Below are positions 36,291-48,990 of a DNA stretch of 64,000 nt, one piece after another. How positions within the stretch are numbered: position 1 is the stretch's first letter; the number at the start of each line of letters is the position of its first letter. The notes under the pieces were generated by a model that saw only the letters and a program-made list of their open reading frames with translations, made no database searches and was not told where the DNA came from. The position numbers were made by a program, and so were the translations under genes. This stretch comes from Carcharhinus amblyrhynchos (lineage: Eukaryota), in NCBI GenBank assembly GCA_965287045.1, contig OZ336889.1, forward strand, positions 37,324,001 to 37,388,000, written 5' to 3'.

Positions 36291-37819
36291 ACTGGCATTG
36301 CTGTTTTACAGCACCAGGGATTCTATGTTCTTTGGTCAAGCTGTTTGTCCCAAACATCTCTCTGGGTCAGTGTCAGTTTTTGTCTAATTACCCTTATGAA
36401 GCTCACTTTCCATTGTTAAAGCTGCTATATTGAGGTGCGAGTTGATGCTTTCTTTACTAGGCTGGAATTATGTTTTCAGAAATTACAGTTTATGCTGCAT
36501 ACTATTGAGTATGCAGGATCTTAAGACAGTTTGAATTGTAGACCTTGTTAACCCCTCCATCTGCACTGGACAACACAAATGGGAGGGTAATTCTGAAAAC
36601 TAGAGAAACTGGGGTTCTTTTTGTTAGAGGAGAGAATGTAAAGAGATGATGTGATATCAAAATTATAAGGGTTTTGATAAAGCAAATGAAAGACAGAAAG
36701 ACTTGCATACAAAGTGCCTTTCAAGATCCAAAGGACGTCCCAAAGCACTTGATAGCCAGTGGAAAGCTTTGGAAAAGAAGTTGTCACTAATATAGGAAAT
36801 GGGAAAAACCTACTTCCTTTTGGTCAGTGAAATCTTAACTAGAGGCCGTAAATTTAAGATTGCCAAGAGAATAGAGCTTATGAATATATTTTATACTAAT
36901 GTTATTGGGATATGTAAAATCCTACCAGAAACAGTGCTAGAGCAGAATTGATAAGCATATTTACAAAACAAATGGTGCAATATTTGAGAAATAAACATTT
37001 AAAAAGCAGGGTAATGGGACTGAGTGAATAGTGCTTTTAGACGTTTGATGGAGGATAGGATCTCCTTGTTGTAAAGTTTTTAAAAAGTCCGCACTCAACT
37101 GGGTACCATTCAGTATCTCAATCAGCAATGATTTTGATATATATTACCTACTAATGAGGTTGACCCTGACATTTCTGCTTTCAAATTTTTCTAATTTGAC
37201 AACACCTTATTCATAAATTTGAGAGATTGCAGAAAATATAGGTGGACATTACTTTTAAATCAGTTGGAATATTTTGCACGGAATCACAGAATCATTGTGG
37301 TGCAGAAGGGAGGCCATTTAGCCCATTGTTTGTACCAGCTCTCTGAATAAGCAACTCACCTAGTACCTTTCCCAGTAACCCTGGAAAGTCTTCCTTTTCA
37401 GATAATTGTGTAAAACCCTTTTGAATGCTTCAATTGAACCTGCCTCTCAGTCTACTAAGGTCTCTTTGCTGCAAAAAAGTTTCCCCTGTGTCACTTATTT
37501 TACTAATGCTAATTACTTTCAATCCCTACTCTCTCATTCTCGATCCTTTCACTCGAATGGGACTAGTTCTCCCTACATACTCTGTCCAGATGCCTCATGA
37601 TTTTGAACACCTCTATCAAATCTCCTCTTGGCCTCCTTGAAGGAAAACAATCCCAACTTTTCCAGTCCATTTTCATAACTGAAGTTCCTTAATTCCTGGA
37701 ACCATTCTCATGAAACGTTTCTATAGTGCGACGCCAAGAACTGGATGCGATGCTCTAGCTAAGGCTGACCTCGTGACTTTTATGAATTCAACATAACCTT
37801 CTTGCTCTTGTACTCTATA

Positions 37820-38124
37820 TGCGGAGATGCCGGCATTGGACTGGGGTAATAGAAGTCTGACAACACCAGGTTAAAGTCCAACCAATTTATTTGATAGTAA
37901 ACTCACAAGCTTTCGGGGTTTGCCCATTCATCAGGTGAATGGAGAGTTCTGGCCTCAGACAGTAATCTGATTCCGTAATCTGTAAACTGTCTGTGCTGTT
38001 ATACGCTCTGTCTGAGGCCAGAACTCTCCATTCACCTGACGAAGGGGCAAACCCTGAAAGCTTGTGAGTTTACTATCAAATAAATTGGTTGGACTTTAAC
38101 CTGGTGTTGTCAGGCTTCTTACTG
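37820..38124. mobile_element. Penelope-derived foldback element (112-bp inverted arms) with hammerhead motifs
   Basis: Arms 37851-37962 and 38008-38119; TSD cttgtactctata at 37807-37819 and 38125-38137. Confidence 0.85.
38030..38069 (+). ncRNA. Minimal type-I hammerhead ribozyme motif
   Basis: attcac-CTGACGA-a-gggg-caaa-ccct-GAAA-gc-TT-gtgagt: stem I attcac/gtgagt, stem II gggg/ccct, palindromic AGCT stem III. Confidence 0.65.
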
Positions 38125-40128
38125 CTTGTACTCTATACCCATATTAATAAAGCCCAGGACAATATAAGTTTTATTAACTACTCTGTCAGGCTGTCTTGCT
38201 GCTTCCAATGATTTATGTAGATCTATGCTGATCCCTCTGCTCCTGTACCCCCTTTAGAGTTATACCCTGTAGCTTATATTATCTGTCCATGTGCTTCCTA
38301 CAAAAATGGATCACTTTACACTTCTCTATACTGAACTTCAGCAGTGATCACTGATGATGTTTAACTTGATTGCATCTTTCAGTTTCAAAACAGCAGCTCC
38401 TGGTAAAAATTGTTGAATGAATTCAAAATCGTTGGTTGGAAGAAAAGGGTCAACAGTAAATCTTTGAAAGACAGGGTATCCTTAATGTGCAATTACTTTA
38501 AATGACAATGAAACACGCTAATCTAATCGAGGAGATCGCATTTGTCTTGATTCAGAATAAGTAATTAGGATTAATGGAGCTTTGAACCAGACGGCATGGG
38601 GGTATGTTAAACAGCCCAAACTGACAGATCATAATTGTCTTTCTTGATGTTTATAGATTGTCAATGTGCATGCTGCTTACCTGCCTCTAAGACAAAGTTT
38701 CAACTTGTTTTATGATTATAAATATCTCATATGTTCAAGCTATATAGCTTTGTTTAACTGCGGCATGTGCTGGCAAAATGCAGCTTTATGTATGCGCTTG
38801 TAAATCCTGCAAAGATGTTATTGGTCCATTAGGAAATGCAGATCAATGCTTCTTAAAAGCATTCCTTTTATCTCTGGTTGTGCAGGAAGCTTTTAAGTGA
38901 CCTCATAGATGTTTTCTTTATTCAAACCTCCCATTGTCTTTCCTGTATTTCGGGAAGATTTCATTATGAAATTTTAAAATAGGAAGGAACTTGTTACAAC
39001 ATTAATTGTACAACCCTTTTCCATAGCTGCAATTTAAAAGTTTGGCTTTTTTTTTTGAAAAAGAATTTTCTTCAGGGGAAACATTTCAATTGAATCAGTT
39101 ACTTAGGCAGTGTCATAATTATGGGTTCTCTGTGTTGCATGTTCTTTATGGTGGCTCATTGATGAGATAGGACACAGAACACTACAGCACAAACAGGGCC
39201 TTCGGCCCACAAGTTGCGCCGATCATATCCCTACCTACCAGGCCTATCTATAACACTCAATCCCATTAAATCCATTAGATCTCAAGGCTTGGGCATTTAA
39301 ACATAAATGCATTTATTAATAGGCTTTACGTATTTATAGTTCCAAGTGTAGCCTTGCATGGTGTCACTCACCAGGTAGGATAGCTACTTAGTTCTGTTCT
39401 AGACTGTTCTCTGACCACGTGACTGCAGTCATCACACTGGCTGGTGCTACTCAGCAGCCCATATTAACCCTTGCTCTGCTGAGCACCTTTCATAATGCAT
39501 GCAGACACATCCTCACAACCCCTCTACTTTTCAAAAACATTCCTCCTTCCTAACAGAGAACGCAAGACAATGTTTTTTTCCCTATCAGAATACAAAATGG
39601 TCTTATGTCTTGGCAGTTCTTTGACATCTGGGCCTGTCATGTGTGAAGGAATTGTAGTAGTACTCAGTTCTATAAGCACTGCACTGCTTAGTTTCTTCTA
39701 TAAATTTCTTCTTCAAGCTTGAATTCTCCTGATTCAATTCTCACTGGACTGCTTTTTATTTTCTAGTTGCTTTGCATAGAGTTCAGTTTATTTGCATTGT
39801 CTCATGAAGTTCTCATTCTCCTTAACTTCATTTTGCACATTTTTGCAACTAATTTTCTGCTAAGTTTGAAATCAAATGAAATGGCAGACAGCAATGTCTT
39901 TTCTGAAACTTTAATTCTTTTTGCTGGTTCCTCGATGTTCAATAATTTCTAGATTCTCCTGAGGGAAATCATGTTCTCACTGGACATCTACATTTCAAAA
40001 ATGGATCCTGCCTTTCCACGTGTCTTAATATCAACCGAACCCTTCTGGCTTCACCCTGGGCCAGGTCTGACTTTGGTGAAGTGTTGACTTCTTTCTATTC
40101 TATATTTTTCTCACTGCCTGCCATTTGG

Positions 40129-40305
40129 TGCCCTCCATCTGGGGTGGTTTGTCGTCGGTCATTTGGTGTCTTTTTCATTGCCCTCATTTTGTTCATTGCT
40201 TCCCCCCCTGCCCCCTCACCTTCTGGGGTCTTTCATTGCCCCCTCACCTTCTGGGGTCTTTCATTGCACCCCACCCACCCTTACTCTGGGGTCTTCCATT
40301 GCCCT
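40129..40305 (+). repeat. 28-bp tandem repeat (2 perfect copies plus degenerate flanks)
   Basis: ccccctcaccttctggggtctttcattg at 40211-40238 and 40239-40266. Confidence 0.85.
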
Positions 40306-42562
40306 CTTTGTGGGAATGTCTGTTTCCCCATTTTTGTGGTCTTTCTTGTCTTTGGACCTTTTATTGAGAGTTGCCACCTTCTCCAATTTTCCCATCCGTA
40401 GTCCATTTGTTTCTCGTGATTGTCACTTTGACTGTGTGTCCACTTTAAATGTGTTACCTCTTGATAAATGTATTGCTACTTTAAGACTTCCACCTTTTTT
40501 TCACTGTTGTTAGCAGCTGATGGTTGTGTCTGTGTTTCTCCAAACCCGATGGTGTTTTGGCAGGAATGTGGTTGCTCTTTCTGAATTTTTAAAATATTTT
40601 TCCTTTTCAAAAGGAAGGTAATCGCAGTGATCTCAGCTTTTTTTAATCTTTCCTGGTTGTTTGGAGAGGTTTTTTTTTGAATGAGCTATTATTTTGGTTC
40701 TATTGGGGCATTTTTTTTACACTTAACTGTGGCACCACTTTCTGCGGCTCTGTTTTTTTTTAAACTTGCGGAAACTTTTTTTTACTAAGTTTTTTTAAAA
40801 TTTAAAGCCACAGTTCTTCCAGCGACCCTCTCCGCATGGTTATTTTTTCTTTCGACTTTAATTAGGCTGGAATTTTACCTCCCATCCACTATGGGAATTC
40901 AAGCGCGCGAGGGGCAGATAATGGGAAGGTCTGTTGACCTTGAGAGTTAAAGTTTATTTATTAGTCACAACTAAGTTTGTATTAATAAAGCAATGAAGTT
41001 GCTGTGAAAATCCCCTAGTTGCCACACTTTAGGCCTTGTTCTCTCTCTCTCACTCACACACACAGACACACGCCAACACGAGCATGTAGTTTATATGTTT
41101 CTGGGAGGACTAGCTGCTTTCCTGTGTAATTTATGATGAGTGAAAATAACGGAGCTGACTTTCACAAAGTGTGATAGGATCATGTTCCAGGAAATGCCAA
41201 CTGTATACTTCTGAATACTTTATCGTTTGAGGTATGGCACGAACGATCAAAATGTTAAGTGTTTAGCATTCTGGTGAAGCAGGATTAAAAGGAATTAATA
41301 ATTAGAATTGACATAGTTCAGTCTGCGTTTTTAAAATCATGCATGCTGAATTTATTTGTACGTAAGTGCACAGATTTTGTGTTATTAAATATCAAAATTT
41401 GAGGCACGTGGGGAAGCAGAGTTGCTTGGAGGTTTAGCAGTGCCTGGATTTCAGGCAGAGGAGCTGGGACCACCAGTGGTGGGGTGTAATGACAGTTTGA
41501 CAAGTCTGCATAAGCAGATGCAATTTTTTTATTATCTTACGTTAAAATGCCTCTGAATCTGGCCAGCTTTAGGCAATGTGATGTCTTTACGCTCCTGCAG
41601 ATTTTACATCATTATGTGCAGTATGAAACTGCAAAGCTGTTCTTAAAAAAAAATCTTCAACTGACGTCTTAAGCTGACCTGTCCCCTACCTATTCCCCCC
41701 TGCGTTCTCAATTATTGATTTCCTCGCCCAAAATGTGTGCACCCACCCCCTCTGCCAGAAGGATGCATCGATAGATGACCTGTTTCTGGACCTGTGTGAT
41801 TCTTGGCTGCTTTCCGGAGGAAGAATGGCAGTGATGCAGTAGAATGAAGGTGAAGGAGTCATTCTGCTTATTCTCAGGCGATGACCTCAACTAAAAATCT
41901 TCATGTAACCTTGTGGAGAATCTGCAACAATCACTGTTACATAATACTGCCCTTGTTCCTAATCAAATAGGCTCTGATTATTAATGATATTCATTTTTTG
42001 TTTGAGACTGTATGAAAGGATGCCACTTTACTGATTGAGCTAATTATTATAAGAAAATAATGGTGTGTTGAAATTTCTTTGCATTACAGATCATGGCAGA
42101 ATTTAAATATGTGGTTATGAAAGTTGTTTTGATATTCAAATTACGTCTGATCATTAAATTGTTCTGCATGGATACAGTTCTTATGATCCGAGGAATAAAG
42201 CCATATAAAACGTTATTTTTAATGATGAGGACCAGTTTGATCACAAAATTACACTGCAGTCTCAGACCTAGAATGTGATTTCCCTCAAGAATTGTATTAT
42301 CGACAGTGTTGGAGGTGGGAAACTGTTAGGTTTCAGTACCATGCATATTTCTTTCCTTCCTTAAATCATGCCAGAATTTTTGGGCTTCATACATATTTAT
42401 TTAAAAAAAAATGGTTTCACCCAGTCTGTGCGTACAAAGCCAGCTACTACAGGGGAAAATCCTTCACACTGGAGTTTTTGGTCATTTATTAGCTCTCGTT
42501 TAATCCTAGCTGCTGTTCATAATTTTCAGAATTGCTAGTGTAAGGGAGCATTACTTACAATG

Positions 42563-42862
42563 ATAGAGTCCCTACAGTACAGAAAGAGGCCATTTGGCCC
42601 ATCAAGTCTGTCTGACCACAAGGCCACCCAGGCCCTATTCCTGTAACCCTCATTTACCTTGCCAATCCCCCTGACATTAGGGACAGTTTAGCATGCCGCT
42701 CAACCTTGCCTGCACATCTTTGGAGTGTGGGGGGAAACTAGAGCACCTGGGGGAAACCCAGATATGGGGAGAATGTGCAGACCCCACACAGATAGTGACC
42801 TGAGGCTGGAATTGAACCCGTGTCCCTGGTGCCTGTGAGGAAGCATTGCTAACCACTATACC
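42563..42862 (-). mobile_element. HE1-like V-SINE
   Basis: Reverse-complement copy. Confidence 0.85.
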
Positions 42863-43369
42863 TTTATGTTGAGGAAGAACAGATTGAGATGCACAATTAA
42901 TTGTTCCAGTGATCTCACTTCAGTCGCAGTCAAATCTGTATTTAGGCATCTTCAAAAAGAAAACCCCAAATGTTTTATGCATAAAATAAAATAGCCTAAT
43001 TGTCTGGCATTTAGATTGCAGCAAGCAAAACTGTAAAATGTTTTAAATAGCATATTTCTCTCCATCTGGAACATAATTTATGCTCTAGATGTTGAGTTCA
43101 CTGGGTTTGCATAGGATTTATCGTGAGTTCTTGTGTGTTAACCATTTCTGTGCCAAAAGAAGTTATTTTGAGAAGTGGAGACTTTGTTGAAGCACCCTGT
43201 GGCAATAAAAACATCCAGAGGTTCACGATGAAAGTCATGATATTTTAGAAGTAGATGTGTCCAAGAAGTCTTTAGGCATCTAACTAAACCAGTTAGAGAC
43301 TCTCTTCACCAGACATAAGCCTTCCCCTTGACAGGATTAAATCTTCTCCATTTATAATAGACTACACTA

Positions 43370-44580
43370 GAATCATACAACCTTGACAGTGTAGAAGGTG
43401 GCTACTTGGCCCATTGAACCTGCACTGACAACAATCCGACCCAGGTCCTATCCCCGTCTTGTGGGGAAGTTTCGAAAGATCGCCAATTGTGTCTTAAACT
43501 AAGACGATGCAAAACTTGCAAGGCAAATATCTCATGCACTGTACAAAGTTTATTTAACATAAAACTTAGAACAAGACAATAAAGTGTACAACTGAACTAG
43601 TCTCACGAAGGGTTAATTAGCTCCATAAGCAGAGTGAAAGAATCTCTCTGAAAGAACTGAATTACAGCGTCAAATACAGATCAGTTATACCTTTTCCTAA
43701 TCAATAATTCAGCCTTTTATTAGCTTAGAATCAATTCTATTTAACAGTTATACATCAATACAAATCTCTGTCAAGTACCTCAGCCAACCATAAGATACTT
43801 AATAGTATGATGATATCTTATTCATCCAACTGATTCCAGACATATTCTCCTCTCTTGGCACTAACTACATTCCTGTTGCCTGGTAACGACAGACACTACC
43901 ACAAGGTCAAAATGGACATTCCCAATGGCTCACTGACAAGTTGAATAGACACATATCCCAGCATCCAGGGGCTTATCTATTCTTGTGTCTGGGCAATGAA
44001 TGCATCTATTCATTAATATTGCATAATATGCCCCCTCTCAGGAATTACATCCAATAAGACTTTCTCACTAACCCGTTCCCAGAGATTTGGCTTTAAACTA
44101 TTAACTTTTATCACCATGTCTTTCAGTAACCTTGCTTGACTAATATGTACAATACATTAAAAATACAGTTAAAATTATGTTTTAAAATCATAATTATTTG
44201 TTTTGGTTCATTTATTCTATGCACATATGTATATGCTGGCTGTGTTAGCTTGCCCAATAATGATTTAACTCTTTACTGATCCCTTGTCCACTGTAAGACT
44301 GCATTCTACCTGTAAATCTTATGAGATGGTTAAAAGTCCCTTCCCGTAATCCCACATATTTACTCTGCTAATCTCCCTGATGCTAAGGGGCAATTTACTA
44401 TGACCAATCAACCTAATCTGCACATTGGATTGTGAAAGGAAACTGGAGCAGCCAGAGGAAACCCATGCAGACATGGGGAGAACATACAAATTGCACACAG
44501 ACTGTGACCCAAGGCCAGGCTTGAACCTAGTCCCTGGTGCTGTGAGGCAGCAGTGCTAAACATTGTGTCACTCTACCACC
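43370..44580 (-). mobile_element. HE1-like V-SINE split by an ~885-bp insertion
   Basis: SINE halves 43370-43457 and 44345-44580 join at ...ccctatccccgt|aatcccac... Confidence 0.8.
43460..44344 (-). mobile_element. Probable solo LTR (ERV- or Gypsy-like)
   Basis: Minus strand ends ...ccccaCA, with TATAA at ~43686 and AATAAA at ~43549; cgt duplicated at both flanks. Confidence 0.6.
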
Positions 44581-45019
44581 CCAAACTAAACTTCTCCCCT
44601 TCAGGCAATTGAACCCAGTAATTAGGAATTGTCTTGGAATTTCTGTGGCTATTTAGACAAAGGTTATGTCATGAGTGGGAGCAGCTCCAAGGCCTACCCT
44701 ATGGAAAAGAGCTAGATTTGATATTTGAAGTTGCAGATTGATAGGTATCTAATTTAGTTTACATACCCAATTCTCTGGTATTAAGGCCCAATAAGCATGC
44801 TAGTATAAGTGTTCGAAAATAAGTTTGTTCATGATTCCATTGTCTACCTTAACACTTAGTGTAACATAGGCCAGAATTTTATGTTATGGCATATAATGGT
44901 TCAGGCAATATTCCCAGGCATGGACCTTTAGACAGTTCCCTAAAAGAAGCTGAATGTTTTTTAAAATGAAAACTCTTTTCGTTTTCTTCTTTTAGGATGC
45001 AACATAAATTGAGTATTAA

Positions 45020-45300
45020 GATTATTTATGAGTGCCACAAATAGGCTTACATTAACAATGCAATGAATTTAGTGTGAAAATCCCCCCAGTCACCACACTC
45101 TGGCACCTGTTCAGGTACACTGAGGGTGAATGTAGCATTGCCAATGCACCCTAACCAGCACATCTTTGGACTGTGGGAAAAAAACTGAAGCATGTGGAGG
45201 AAACCCATGGAGACATGGGGAGAATGTGCAGACTCCACACAGACGGTGATCCAAGCTGGGAATTGAACCCGGGTCCCCGGCAATGTGCCTTACAGCACCA
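45020..45300 (-). mobile_element. HE1-like V-SINE
   Basis: Reverse-complement copy. Confidence 0.85.
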
Positions 45301-46390
45301 AGTGGATACAACTGCTCCCTGCACTTCATGATCATACCTTTTTAAGGTCCTGACCAATAGTCCTCCCTGAGCCTGCATCCCCCCAAAATAGATTAATTTT
45401 CCTTCTTTTTATTTCTTGTTTTCTGCAGCTTGCTGTCGTTAAAATCTGCTGCAGCATTTGCCCACAATGACTACATTGCTAAAATTAATTAATTGGATGT
45501 GAAATAATTTGGGACACCCTGAGGGTGTGATGAGGTTGTTGCCGTTTGAATATATATATTTTCTTTATTCCTGACTGCTATGATGTCGATTGACCTTTTT
45601 CTCAAAGCCTTCACGATTTCACTCAATTTTTCTTAACTGCGTGTTTCTAGTTATCAGCCTGCACTCCTCTCCCCCGAGTGTCGTAAATATTCATAAAATA
45701 GACACTGATAAAACCCTCAAGTTTTAAACCTATTTGTGTCCTGGTAATTAATGTAACATTAATACATATGCTCTAGACATTTCCAACTAGATTTGTTGTC
45801 AAAGTCACCACAGACTGGGGTCTCTCTGTGTCAGAAGCAAGCTACAGATGTTCTTCTTTGTACACAATCAAAACATCTGTTCAAACACAGAACCTTCATG
45901 TCCATGTGATAAGCTGGTTTCGAGCACGTTATGGAGACTTCACAGCTGCTCCTATTCTTAACTATTCGACCTTTTAACTAAGCAAAGAGCTTTCGTATCT
46001 GTATATCTGCAAATTTTCCATGCTTCGTGTTATTATCAGCGGAATATTTTATGGAATAAACAATGTTTCGTGGAGCTGCTGCCTAAATGCTTTTCAATCT
46101 TCCAATTAAACATTTCACTAAGCTAAATGACAGACAGAGTCACCCTGAGAGTGTATTTACATACATCTCATCAGTAAGGGAGTGGGAACAAAATACGAAG
46201 GTTATAAACAAAGGAGAAGGGTGAGCATGGCATCTAGATTTTCAAAATGAAGCATTATTATGTCACTGCATGGACTCTCAAGCAGACAGGTCTTTACATG
46301 AAGGATTTTATTTGAGACATTTTTGACTGTTGGAAGGAAGGGATCAGTGTTCTGAGAAATTTGGTCTGAGTAAGGCAAAGGATAAATGAT

Positions 46391-46529
46391 GCAAGCCTTC
46401 ATCAGAGCTCCGATGAAGGGTCATCTAGACATGAAACATTGGCTCTACTCTTTCTTCACAGATGCTGTCAGACCTGCATTTTTCTGCTTTTGTTTCAGAT
46501 TCCAACACCTGCAGTATTTTACGTTTATT
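46391..46529 (+). mobile_element. Penelope-like pLTR fragment (second family) with degenerate hammerhead
   Basis: TSD aaaggataaa(t/c)gat at 46377-46390 and 46530-46543; ccgatga...gaaac core. Confidence 0.75.
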
Positions 46530-46864
46530 AAAGGATAAACGATCTTCTAGAATGGCGGCTAAAGAGAAAGGTTACTGATCCCTAACTGCATCATGACAAA
46601 ACTATGGGTGTTGTCCAGGGTGCTAACTAAATTTGGGTGTCCGGTCTGGGACCGACACCACTTTGGTTCCTGGGAGAAGTTCTTCTCATAATTGCTGCAA
46701 CTGAGGCAGCCAAATAAAGAGCAGCACAGCCTCCTTGGAAAGCAAGCGAATATCAAAGATGGAGAGAAAGCAAGAGGTGAGGGAATACTGAGCCAACAAC
46801 TCACCCAAAACAGTTTGCATTATCCTGTCCTATTTGTAGTAGAACATTCCACGTGCTGATCAGC

Positions 46865-48990
46865 CTCTCTCTGTCTCTGTCTCCCAACAAACCACACACA
46901 CACTCACCCTCTTTCTGTCTCTCCCAACAAACCACACACACACTCACCCTCTTTCTGTCTCTCCCAACAAACCCCACACACACTCACCCACTCTCTCTCC
47001 CCAACCACACACACACTCACCCTCTCTCTCTCCCAACAAACCCCACACACACTCACCCTCTCTCTCTCCCCAGCCAACCACACACACACTCACCCTCTCT
47101 CTCTCCCAATAAACCACACACACACTCACCCTCTCTCTCTCCCCAGCCACACACACACACTCACCCTCTCTCTCTCTCCCAACAAACCACACACACACTC
47201 ACCCTCTCTCTCTCCCAACAAACCCCACACACACTCACCCTCTCTCTCTCCCCAGCCACACACACACTCACCCTCTCTCTCTCCCAACAAACCCCACACA
47301 CACTCACCCTCTCTCTCTCCCCAGCCACACACACACTCACCCTCTCTCTCTCCCAATAAACCACACACACACTCACCCTCTCTCTCTCCTCAACCACACA
47401 CACACTCACCCTCTCTCTCTCCCCAACCCCACACACACTCACCCTCTCTCTCTCCCCAACCACACACACACTCACCCTCTCTCTCTCCCCAGCCACACAC
47501 ACACTCACCCTCTCTCTCTCCCAATAAACCACACACACACTCACCCTCTCTCTCTCCCAACAAACCACACACACACTCACCCTCTCTCTCTCCTCAACCA
47601 CACACACACTCACCCTCTCTCTCTCCCAACAAACCCCACACACACTCACCCTCTCTCTCTCCCCAACCAACCACACACACACTCACCCTCTCTCTCTCTC
47701 CTCAACCACACACACACTCACCCTCTCTCTCTCCCAATAAACCACACACACACTCACCCTCTCTCTCTCCCAACAAACCACACACACACTCACCCTCTCT
47801 CTCTCCTCAACCACACACACACTCACCCTCTCTCTCTCCTCAACCACACACACACTCACCCTCTCTCTCTCCCAATAAACCACACACACACTCACCCTCT
47901 CTCTCTCCCCAACCAACCACACACACACTCACCCTCTCTCTCTCCCAATAAACCACACACACACTCACCCTCTCTCTCCCCAACCAACCACACACACACT
48001 CACCCTCTCTCTCTCCTCAACCACACACACACTCACCCTCTCTCTCTCCCAATAAACCACACACACACTCACCCTCTCTCTCTCCTCAACCACACACACA
48101 CTCACCCTCTCTCTCTCCCAATAAACCACACACACACTCACCCTCTCTCTCTCCCAATAAACCACACACACACTCACCCTCTCTCTCTCCCAACAAACCC
48201 CACACACACTCACCCTCTCTCTCTCCCCAGCCACACACACACTCACCCTCTCTCTCTCCCAATAAACCCCACACACACTCACCCTCTCTCTCTCCCCAGC
48301 CACACACACACTCACCCTCTCTCTCTCCCAATAAACCACACACACACTCACCCTCTCTCTCTCCCAATAAACCACACACACACTCACCCTCTCTCTCTCC
48401 CAATAAACCACACACACACTCACCCTCTCTCTCTCCCAACAAACCCCACACACACTCACCCTCTCTCTCTCCCCAGCCACACACACACTCACCCTCTCTC
48501 TCTCCCAATAAACCACACACACACTCACCCTCTCTCTCTCCCAATAAACCACACACACACTCACCCTCTCTCTCTCCTCAACCACACACACACTCACCCT
48601 CTCTCTCTCCCAATAAACCACACACACACTCACCCTCTCTCTCTCCCCAACCAACCACACACACACTCACCCTCTCTCTCTCCCCAACCACACACACACT
48701 CACCCTCTCTCTCTCCCCAACCACACACACACTCACCCTCTCTCTCTCCCCAACCAACCACACACACACTCACCCTCTCTCTCTCCCCAACCAACCACAC
48801 ACACACTCACCCTCTCTCTCTCCCCAACCACACACACACTCACCCTCTCTCTCTCCCCAACCACACACACACTCACCCTCTCTCTCTCCCCAACCACACA
48901 CACACACTCACCCTCTCTCTCCCCCAACAAACCACACACACACTCACTCTTTCTCTCTCCCAACCACACAAATACCCACCCACCCCTCTC
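46865..48990 (+). repeat. Compound CT/CA minisatellite, ~33-38-bp unit, roughly 60 copies
   Basis: ctcaccctctctctctcccaa(t/c)aaaccacacacaca variants. Confidence 0.97.

Larger units (their letters stand above)
37282..38340 (-). mobile_element. CR1 3' fragment hosting a Penelope insertion
   Basis: CR1 tail (aatcacagaatc...aggccatttagccc) and RT remnants. Confidence 0.75.

Noticed and set aside
46865-48990. CRISPR-like repeat/spacer periodicity
   Set aside because: Spacers are not unique, there are no cas genes, and the DNA is vertebrate
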